Below, one piece after another: positions 56,870-64,000 of a DNA stretch of 64,000 nt. Numbering within the stretch: the stretch's first letter is position 1; every line of letters starts with the position of its first letter. This DNA comes from Bacteroidales bacterium (GTDB lineage Bacteria; Bacteroidota; Bacteroidia; Bacteroidales; UBA7960): positions 8,638 through 72,637 of the forward strand of contig SLCY01000067.1 of NCBI GenBank assembly GCA_007125585.1, given 5' to 3'. The position numbers were made by a program, and so were the translations under genes. A model generated the notes under the pieces. It was not told the DNA's origin. It was given only the letters and a program-made list of their open reading frames with translations, and did not search any database.

Positions 56870-58141
56870 ATGAACAAAATGTCGCCCCCATTGGCAGAGA
56901 AGTTGCGCCCCAGCTCACTGGATGAGTACCTTGGGCAGGGTCATCTGGTTGGTCCTGGTGCCATCCTGCGAAAGTCCATTGAAAGCGGACAGGTACCTTC
57001 CATGATATTGTGGGGCCCTCCCGGCGTGGGGAAAACCACCCTTGCTGTGCTGATATCGCACCAGCTGATGCGGCCTTTTTATACTTTAAGTGCAGTGAGT
57101 TCCGGCGTGAAGGATGTTCGTGCGGTGATACAAAAAGCCAGGGAATCGGGTGGCAACGCCATTTTGTTTATTGATGAGATCCACCGGTTCAGCAAGTCGC
57201 AGCAGGACAGTTTGCTGGGAGCTGTGGAAAAGGGTATACTGACACTGATCGGCGCCACCACGGAGAACCCGTCATTTGAAGTTATTTCGCCCCTGTTGTC
57301 GCGTTGCCAGGTATATATCCTGAAAGAACTTGATGCGGAGGACCTGGAAAAATTATTGCAAAGGGGCAAAGAGTTGCTGGAGCAGGAGACTGGGAAACAG
57401 GTTGATGTCCAGCAAAAGGAGGCGTTGTTTAGGCTTTCCGGAGGGGATGCCCGCAAGCTGCTCAACGCCATTGAGCTGGCCGTTAATGCCACGGAGGGCA
57501 AGCGGGTGGTGTTGACCAATGAGTTGCTGTTGTCGGTAATACAGCAAAACCTTGCTTTATACGACAAGGCAGGGGAGATGCATTATGATGTGATCTCCGC
57601 TTTTATCAAATCGGTAAGGGGTAGCGACCCCAATGCGGCGGTATATTATCTGGCACGCATGATAGAAGGGGGGGAAGATCCGAAATTCATCGCACGCCGG
57701 CTGGTCATCCTAGCATCGGAGGATATCGGCAATGCAAACCCCAACGCTTTGCTGCTGGCAAGCAGTTGTTTCGATGCGGTCAATATGATCGGCATGCCGG
57801 AAAGCCGGATTATCCTTTCCCAAACAGCGACCTATCTGGCTTCCTCACCCAAAAGCAATGCAGCCTATATGGCCATCAACAAAGCGCAGGACCTGGTCAG
57901 AAAAACAGGCGATCTTCCTGTGCCCCTCGCAGTCCGAAATGCCCCTACAAGCTTGATGAAGGGATTCGGATACGGAAAAGATTACAAATATTCGCACGAT
58001 TATCCGCAGCACTTCGTCCATCAGGAATTCATGCCTGATAAGGTTGCCGGGACCAAACTTTATGACCCCGCCGGCAATGACAGGGAAAAAGAGATTCGGG
58101 CACGGCTTAAGGCACTATGGAAGGATAAATACGGATATTGA
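56870..58141 (+). CDS. rarA: Replication-associated recombination protein A (AAA+ ATPase RarA/MgsA)
   Basis: The start is taken at the internal ATG (MNKMSPPLAEKLRPSSLDEYLGQ). It has Walker A GPPGVGKTT, then FIDEIHRF, and a MgsA C-terminal region (YYLARMIEGGEDPKFIARRL). Confidence 0.85.
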   Translation: MNKMSPPLAEKLRPSSLDEYLGQGHLVGPGAILRKSIESGQVPSMILWGPPGVGKTTLAVLISHQLMRPFYTLSAVSSGVKDVRAVIQKARESGGNAILFIDEIHRFSKSQQDSLLGAVEKGILTLIGATTENPSFEVISPLLSRCQVYILKELDAEDLEKLLQRGKELLEQETGKQVDVQQKEALFRLSGGDARKLLNAIELAVNATEGKRVVLTNELLLSVIQQNLALYDKAGEMHYDVISAFIKSVRGSDPNAAVYYLARMIEGGEDPKFIARRLVILASEDIGNANPNALLLASSCFDAVNMIGMPESRIILSQTATYLASSPKSNAAYMAINKAQDLVRKTGDLPVPLAVRNAPTSLMKGFGYGKDYKYSHDYPQHFVHQEFMPDKVAGTKLYDPAGNDREKEIRARLKALWKDKYGY

Positions 58142-58253
58142 TGGATTACTGATACACTGGTGTCCATGGTTTTGGAAGGAATGGGCTTGTCGTGGCAAGC
58201 CTGGGCTGCCGGCCGGTCTGACAAAACCGGAAAAAACAGGGCGTCAAAATCGA

Positions 58254-59447
58254 ATGGCTATGAACGATCGGGATTTGTTCTTCAGATACTTGGCTCAGAC
58301 ATCCGGGTTCCCCCTGGCTCTTGAGATAGCTAAAGCGGAGGGGATGCATATTTACGGGACTGATGGCAGGGCATACCTTGACATGATCAGCGGTATTTCC
58401 GTGAGTGCTTTGGGACACAGGCATCCGGAGGTGGTCAGGGCGGTGAAGGAACAAGTGGACCGTTACATGCACCTGATGGTATATGGCGAGTTCGTGCAGT
58501 CGCCACAGACCGGGTTGGCCGAATTACTGGTCAGGAACCTTCCCCCTTCGCTCGATAATGTCTACCTGGTAAACTCCGGCAGTGAGGCTATAGAGGGTGC
58601 GCTGAAGCTGGCCAAGCGCTATACCGGGCGTACAGGGATCGTTGCTTTCGAGAACGCCTATCATGGCAGCTCCCATGGTGCCCTGAGCGTTACCGGGAAT
58701 GAAGTAATGAAAAGGGCGTTCAGGCCACTGTTGCCTGATGTGCATCATATCCCTTTTGGGTTGACAGCAGCGCTGGAACAGATCACGGAACAGACGGCCT
58801 GTGTGATTGCTGAAACCATTCAGGGGGAAGCAGGGGCCATTGTGCCGGCGACGGATTTTATGAGGGCGTTGCGCCGGCGGTGTGATGAAACCGGGGCATT
58901 GCTGATTTTGGATGAGATCCAGACCGGCATGGGCCGTACTGGGAGATTATGGGCGTTCAGCCATTTCGACATCGAACCGGACATCCTGACCCTTGCTAAA
59001 GGACTGGGAGGGGGCATGCCCATCGGGGCATTTATTGCACGGAAAGAGATCATGCATTGCCTGAGTGAAAAACCGGTGTTGGGCCACATCACCACCTTCG
59101 GTGGAAATGCCGTATGTGCTGCGGCTGCAAAAGCCACGCTCCAGACAATCATCGATGGCAAACTGTGGGAGAATGCTGCCATGCAGGAGCAGAATTTCCG
59201 TAACCTGTTAAAAAGCCCGCTCATCCGCCGGATAAATGGCAAAGGATTGCTGCTGGCACTGGAGTTTGACAGCTTTCATCAATGCAAAAAGATCGTCGAT
59301 CGCTGCATTGACAAAGGCGTGCTCACCGACTGGTTCCTCTTTGCTGACAACTGTTTGCGTATCGCGCCACCGTTGATCATCTCCCCGGAAGAGACTGAGA
59401 AAGCATGCAGCATCATTGTTGAATCTGTTGAAGAAATTATCTGTTGA
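58254..59447 (+). CDS. Class III pyridoxal-phosphate aminotransferase (acetylornithine/ornithine aminotransferase family)
   Basis: The start is taken at the internal ATG (MAMNDRDLF). It has NSGSEAIEGALKLA, DEIQTGMGRTG and TLAKGLGGG. The upstream extension in the ORF track overlaps rarA. Confidence 0.75.
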   Translation: MAMNDRDLFFRYLAQTSGFPLALEIAKAEGMHIYGTDGRAYLDMISGISVSALGHRHPEVVRAVKEQVDRYMHLMVYGEFVQSPQTGLAELLVRNLPPSLDNVYLVNSGSEAIEGALKLAKRYTGRTGIVAFENAYHGSSHGALSVTGNEVMKRAFRPLLPDVHHIPFGLTAALEQITEQTACVIAETIQGEAGAIVPATDFMRALRRRCDETGALLILDEIQTGMGRTGRLWAFSHFDIEPDILTLAKGLGGGMPIGAFIARKEIMHCLSEKPVLGHITTFGGNAVCAAAAKATLQTIIDGKLWENAAMQEQNFRNLLKSPLIRRINGKGLLLALEFDSFHQCKKIVDRCIDKGVLTDWFLFADNCLRIAPPLIISPEETEKACSIIVESVEEIIC

Positions 59448-59522
59448 TTTGTATTTATTTTGTCACTATCTTTAACCCCTTATTGCTGAAATAATTAACC
59501 GCACATAATCGTTTGACGGTGT

Positions 59523-60230
59523 ATGGATGCTGATCTCAAAGGCCTTCTGGCCAAAAAACCACTGCAAAGTCTCCCGGTAAAAGGCTTTTTTGAGAACTAT
59601 GCCGTAAAAAAATGGTTAAAACATGGAGACTTCCTGCTGGTCTGTGGCAGCAGTGATTACCTGTGGGCCTATCTTTGCGGCGACAATCCTGAAGACCTTT
59701 TATCCCTATTGGATAAGTTTGGTTTTGAAACACTGTATTTTGCGAATGTGGAGGAGTGGATGCTCCCGGTACTTACCCATGTCCGAAAGATAGAATGGAA
59801 GCTTACCACGCACCGGTATTACCTGCCTGATCAGAAAACCGTTGAGCCATCGGATCTCCTGTTCAAACCCCTTGACCCTTCCATGGCACAGTACATCTTT
59901 ACCCACTCTGCCTATAAAGACTTTACTTCTGAAAAATATATCAAAGGGCGTCTGCAGAAAGATGTTTCCGCGGGTGTATGGATAGAAGGGGAACTGGCAG
60001 GATGGGGCCTGACGCACGATGATACATCCCTGGGCTTTTTACACGTTGTTCCACGATACCGCGGACAAGGCCTCGGTGAAAGCATATTGCGTTTCCTGGT
60101 CATGGAGAAACAGGCGAGGGGAAAACCCGTTTTTGTGAATATTGAACCACACAACCACCAATCCATCAATCTCGTTAAAAAACTTGGGTTTTCTTTCGAC
60201 CGTGAAGTGAGCTGGGTAAAGCTCACTTGA
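59523..60230 (+). CDS. GNAT-family N-acetyltransferase (C-terminal GNAT domain)
   Basis: VVPRYRGQGLGESILRFLV is an acetyl-CoA-binding (motif A) pattern. Confidence 0.65.
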   Translation: MDADLKGLLAKKPLQSLPVKGFFENYAVKKWLKHGDFLLVCGSSDYLWAYLCGDNPEDLLSLLDKFGFETLYFANVEEWMLPVLTHVRKIEWKLTTHRYYLPDQKTVEPSDLLFKPLDPSMAQYIFTHSAYKDFTSEKYIKGRLQKDVSAGVWIEGELAGWGLTHDDTSLGFLHVVPRYRGQGLGESILRFLVMEKQARGKPVFVNIEPHNHQSINLVKKLGFSFDREVSWVKLT

Positions 60231-60241
60231 ATCGTTGAGGA

Positions 60242-61333
60242 CTACTTCTTTTTGATGATGTAAAGCTCCACCTTCTCTTGATCCCTTATGGAGTGGATCC
60301 ATGACTTTGTCTTCGATGGTTTTTCGCTGACCGGGCGCTGCTCGCAGAGTTCCATGGTAAAATCTTTTTCAAACAACTGCAGGGCTTCTGCGATGGGATG
60401 TTCTCTGGCAACGCCGGCCAACAAAGCAAAATCGGAGAATAAAATGGCAATGCGGGTGCCTGGCGGACATTTTTCTTTCATCTCCCTGAAGAAACGTTCG
60501 AAAAAGCCTGGTGTGTAATAACAACCCTGGTCGAGTATTTTGTCTGACTGTTCGGGTATCCATGGCGGGTTGAATGCAATAAGGTCTTCTGGCTTGGGAA
60601 GGAAACTGCCCAGCAGGTTCGCGTGCTCAGGGAAAATATGATCGCCATGAGAGATACCAAGACGATGAATGTCCTGCCCTATACTGTATATTGCATTTGG
60701 GTTAATGTCTGTTGCATGGATCGTGTGCACCCCATGCTTGAGCATGATGAATGACAAAATGCCACAACCCGTACCAATGTCTGCCGCACGATGAAACCCC
60801 TTTGCTGAACCTATCCAGTCATCGAACAGTCTGAGATGGCTATGCCTTGTGGGGAAGTAAACCCCATAAAAGGGATGTACGGCATGGTCGATCACAGGAT
60901 AACGGATCCCTCTGTCATACCATTGACGGGCGCCATTCATCCCAAGAAAATCAGAGAAAGTGATAAAAAAACCATTTTTGTCAGGGTAAAAACTTTTCAG
61001 CCAAGGGTTTTGTGGTGCCTTTTCAAGCAACGGAACACCATTTTCGATCCCCATCCATATTTTGGACCGGACGTCATACCAGGCATGTTTGTACGCCCTT
61101 GAGGAATTGTAATCCCATATGGGAAATTTCTTGCCCATCTGTTGTTTTAGCCAGGAATAGAAGCTCATGGCGAAACCATATGTACCGCCAATACAGATAT
61201 CAATTCCGTTGTCCAGCATATTGCGTATCCTGCCAAATGGGGTGCCCGGGAAAACTTCCTGTAAGCCGGCAGCATTGTGCCTGACGGGTGGTCTTACAAT
61301 CTTTTCAGGAAACGGGGATGACAAGGTTTGCAT
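60242..61333 (-). CDS. Class I SAM-dependent methyltransferase with an NPPW catalytic motif and an uncharacterised ~180-aa N-terminal domain
   Basis: The start is taken at the internal ATG 61333 (MQTLSSPF). Motif I reads ADIGTGCGILS and motif IV reads AFNPPWIP (HemK/PrmC/N6-N5 amino-methyltransferase type). Confidence 0.65.
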   Translation of the reverse strand: MQTLSSPFPEKIVRPPVRHNAAGLQEVFPGTPFGRIRNMLDNGIDICIGGTYGFAMSFYSWLKQQMGKKFPIWDYNSSRAYKHAWYDVRSKIWMGIENGVPLLEKAPQNPWLKSFYPDKNGFFITFSDFLGMNGARQWYDRGIRYPVIDHAVHPFYGVYFPTRHSHLRLFDDWIGSAKGFHRAADIGTGCGILSFIMLKHGVHTIHATDINPNAIYSIGQDIHRLGISHGDHIFPEHANLLGSFLPKPEDLIAFNPPWIPEQSDKILDQGCYYTPGFFERFFREMKEKCPPGTRIAILFSDFALLAGVAREHPIAEALQLFEKDFTMELCEQRPVSEKPSKTKSWIHSIRDQEKVELYIIKKK

Positions 61334-61577
61334 TGCTGTTTTCTTCGTATACGAAGGGATGAAAATCACAAAACCCCGTAAAGATAAGCATATTGAAAAG
61401 CTCCTCCACCATGCCACCCATTTGTATTGAAAATAGCTGCCAGTATGGCGCAATATTCATCCCAGACGCTAAAAAATATGCCAATATGGCGTTTAATTTA
61501 TTGATGTATTGTGAAGCGGGGGGAGTTGGCACAGCCTTTGAGTGGATTTGTTTGAAACAGTAAATCATAAAAAAGAA

Positions 61578-61583
61578 AGGAGG
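61578..61583 (+). promoter_or_regulatory. Canonical Shine-Dalgarno sequence AGGAGG 7 nt upstream of the hsp20 ATG
   Basis: The sequence gaaAGGAGGgttacgtATG was read directly. Confidence 0.5.
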
Positions 61584-61590
61584 GTTACGT

Positions 61591-62028
61591 ATGTTGCCAA
61601 TGTTAAGAAAAACCAGAGGCAGTGTGCCCAGCTTTATTGATGAATTTTTCGGCAAGGACTGGATGGATAGCGTATTCAGCGATCGGCCGGGAATCACTAC
61701 TCCTGCTGTAAATGTAAAGGAGACGGATGACGATTTCCTGATTGAGGTGGCAGCACCTGGTTTGGACAAGAATGACTTTAACGTGAATCTTGACAACAAT
61801 GTGCTGACCATTTCTTCCGAGAAAGAGCACAAGGATGAGGAAAAGGAAGGCAGTCGTTACATGCGCAGGGAGTTTAGCTATACATCCTTCAGCCGCTCAT
61901 TTACATTGCCGGAGGCGGTGGATGCCGAAAAGATCCAGGCAAAGCATAAGGATGGCGTCTTGATGATCAGCATTCCCAAGAGGGAAGAGTCAAAACGCAA
62001 GCCACCCAAGCAGATCGACATTTCATAA
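61591..62028 (+). CDS. Hsp20/alpha-crystallin family small heat-shock protein
   Basis: It reads PAVNVKETDDDFLIEVAAPGLDKNDFNV...FSRSFTLPEAVDAEKIQAKHKDGVLMISIPK. Confidence 0.9.
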   Translation: MLPMLRKTRGSVPSFIDEFFGKDWMDSVFSDRPGITTPAVNVKETDDDFLIEVAAPGLDKNDFNVNLDNNVLTISSEKEHKDEEKEGSRYMRREFSYTSFSRSFTLPEAVDAEKIQAKHKDGVLMISIPKREESKRKPPKQIDIS

Positions 62029-62052
62029 CTGGATAGAGCGGGCACAGGAGGA

Positions 62053-62077
62053 GGGAGGCCAATGCGGCCTCCCTTTT
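62053..62077. terminator. Bidirectional intrinsic terminator between hsp20 and the pullulanase gene
   Basis: GGGAGGCC (62053-62060), loop AATGC, GGCCTCCC (62066-62073), followed by TTTT. Confidence 0.75.
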
Positions 62078-62087
62078 GATTTTAAGA

Positions 62088-64000
62088 TCATTGAATGGTT
62101 GGGGGGCCTATACTTTTTTCGTCTGCCAATATGAGTATTGAGCGGGAAGGCACTTCTGCTGTATGCTCAAGGACCTTGTCATAGCCTGGCGTGTCGACAC
62201 CTTTTTCGTTGATTCCGTATTTTGTTGCCACGGCGCGCCATTTTCCTTCAGGCAAACTGATGCCGGCCCTGTGGGCATTGGCATTATAGAACACCAGGAT
62301 GTCTTTCCAGCTGTCGCCGTTGGCGTGATCTTTTATATGGAAGCCAACGAGCAGCTCGTCGCCGGTTGGCAAAAAGCGGAGGTGATCCTGGATCATGCTG
62401 GTTTCGGGCATTCTGAAGGCAGGGTGGTTTTTTCGCAGGGCGATCATGTCACGGTAAAATGCGAAAACATTGTAATATTCCGCTTTATTGGTCCATACCA
62501 GCTGGTTGATGGAGTCGGGCAGATTATAGGTATTGTGTTCCCCGAACTTTGTGCGGACAATTTCTTCGCCTGCATGGAGGAAGGCAACACCCTGGGACGA
62601 GAGCACGATGGCATTGGCAAGTTTTTGTATGGCCAGCTTGTCTTCTGTGCTGCAGTCGGGGCAGGTATACACGATCTTATCCCACAGGCATGGGTTGTCG
62701 TGACAAGTCACATATGTAATGGTTTTCAAAGGTTTGTCGGCATATGGGGCATCTGAGTAATTTACCTTGCCATAATCGATGTCGGGGTGTTGTGTCGACG
62801 CCACCACACCAAATTTGATGCTTTCTTTCAGGCCGTGTTCCCCTGTCATAAAACCGGGATCTTCGTTATGCATCCAGTGGCCGCGGATGCCATCGCGGAT
62901 ATCGTCACTGAACACTGCGATACCATCCAACTGGCTGGCATGTGCTTTCACGGCGCGTTTTTCCGGTGGCAGCGGTGTGTCTCCTGCTGTCCATCCTTCG
63001 CCATAGAGAAAGATATCCGGATTTACCTTATCCAACTCCTGGCGGATCAAGTTCATGGTTTCAATGTCATGCAATCCCATCAGATCGAACCGGAACCCGT
63101 CAATATGGTATTCTTCTGCCCAGTATTTCAAGGATTCTATCATGAACTGGCGCATCATTGGCCTTTCGGATGCGGTTTCATTGCCGCATGCTGACCCGTC
63201 AGAATAGCTGCCATCCGGGTTCATGCGAAAGAAGTAGCCTGGCGACAACTGTTCAAAGGGTGACCCGGCGGCATCGTACATATGGTTATACACCACATCC
63301 ATGATCACCCTGATCCCGTTTTCGTGCAGTGCCTGCACCATTTTTTTGAATTCACGGATGCGTACCCGTCCGTCGTAAGGATCTGTGGCGTATGATCCCT
63401 GGGGCACATTGTAATTTTTCGGATCGTAGCCCCAGTTGTATTGGGGTTCGTCCAGCCTTGTTTCATCAATGGTGTAAAAATCATAAACCGGAAGCAGATG
63501 GACATGCGTGATTCCAAGTTCCTTAAGGTGATCCAGGCCGGTGGCCAGGCCTTCGGGGCTTTTTGTGCCGGTTTCAGTAAATGCCAGGTATTTCCCGCGG
63601 TTTTCTATTCCCGAGCTGGGGTGGATGGAAAAGTCACGAACATGTATTTCCCAGATAATGATGTCTGCATGACTATCCAGGACGGGGCGGTTGTCCTTTT
63701 CCCAGCCTTCCGGATTGGTCTCCGCCAGGTCGATGATCATGCCCCTGTTCCCGTTGACGCCCACTGCTCTGGCCTGAGGGTCAGGCACCTCAAGGCTCCA
63801 TTCACCATCAATCTTCGCCTGAAAGGTATAATACCTGTTTTTCCAGTCCCCCTGCAATTCGAGGACCCAGGTGCCACCAACATCCTTGTCCATCGGAAGG
63901 CTTTCAAGGCGTTCCCCTCCATGACCCTGATCATATACATGAAAAAGCACTTCGCTTGCCGGTGGTGACCAAATGCGGACATGCGTCTTTCCGGGGGTAT
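62088..64000 (-). CDS. pulA: Type I pullulanase (GH13), N-terminus beyond the window end
   Basis: It reads YNWGYDPKNYNVPQGSYATDP, VIMDVVYNH, GFRFDLMG, YGEGW and VTCHDN. The frame stays open upstream of the ORF-track start (…TPGKTHVRIWSPPASEVLFHVYDQ), so the gene continues past nt 64000. Confidence 0.85.
   Translation of the reverse strand, partial: TPGKTHVRIWSPPASEVLFHVYDQGHGGERLESLPMDKDVGGTWVLELQGDWKNRYYTFQAKIDGEWSLEVPDPQARAVGVNGNRGMIIDLAETNPEGWEKDNRPVLDSHADIIIWEIHVRDFSIHPSSGIENRGKYLAFTETGTKSPEGLATGLDHLKELGITHVHLLPVYDFYTIDETRLDEPQYNWGYDPKNYNVPQGSYATDPYDGRVRIREFKKMVQALHENGIRVIMDVVYNHMYDAAGSPFEQLSPGYFFRMNPDGSYSDGSACGNETASERPMMRQFMIESLKYWAEEYHIDGFRFDLMGLHDIETMNLIRQELDKVNPDIFLYGEGWTAGDTPLPPEKRAVKAHASQLDGIAVFSDDIRDGIRGHWMHNEDPGFMTGEHGLKESIKFGVVASTQHPDIDYGKVNYSDAPYADKPLKTITYVTCHDNPCLWDKIVYTCPDCSTEDKLAIQKLANAIVLSSQGVAFLHAGEEIVRTKFGEHNTYNLPDSINQLVWTNKAEYYNVFAFYRDMIALRKNHPAFRMPETSMIQDHLRFLPTGDELLVGFHIKDHANGDSWKDILVFYNANAHRAGISLPEGKWRAVATKYGINEKGVDTPGYDKVLEHTAEVPSRSILILADEKSIGPPTIQ

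Noticed and set aside
1-64000. CRISPR arrays, transposases or IS elements, restriction-modification systems, toxin-antitoxin pairs, retrons and other defence systems.
   Set aside because: None was found on either strand. The only tandem repeat is the coding 15-mer at 29939-30043, and every large ORF has a housekeeping or envelope-type assignment.

Overview
This window reads as a gene-dense, mostly housekeeping stretch of a Bacteroidota chromosome. The phylum call rests on a T9SS PorQ-like gene, a FISUMP lipoprotein, DUF2851, the folP/DUF1599 pair, the nusB-yajC-ybbR-coaE cluster, and many TAnnTTTG -7 promoter boxes placed 15-110 nt upstream of start codons. I support about 62 protein genes, including two that run off the window edges and are missing or truncated in the ORF track. 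These are a class I-like HMG-CoA reductase at 1-781 (-) and a type I pullulanase at 62088-64000 (-). I also support one tRNA-Pro(GGG), one structured ncRNA candidate, a 15-bp coding tandem repeat, several intrinsic terminators and a set of promoter boxes. I saw no integrase, transposase, CRISPR array, restriction-modification, toxin-antitoxin or recognisable defence genes, and I cannot point to a convincing novel multi-gene system. The items most worth a second look are listed here.
- A roughly 205-nt RNA with 6S-like architecture lies between zapA and rny.
- A lipoprotein serpin has a predicted Arg-Lys P2-P1.
- An MscS-family gene appears to have lost its whole cytoplasmic domain in frame.
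- A PUR-alpha-like (DUF3276-type) protein carries a tail built from seven 15-bp tandem repeats.
- A secreted protein of unknown function is paired with a small beta-barrel gene.
- An NfeD/FloA pair is followed by a vWA-like membrane protein and flanked by two M48 proteases.
All functional calls come from reading motifs in the translations by eye. No database search was run, so family names are recognition-based and start codons are provisional.
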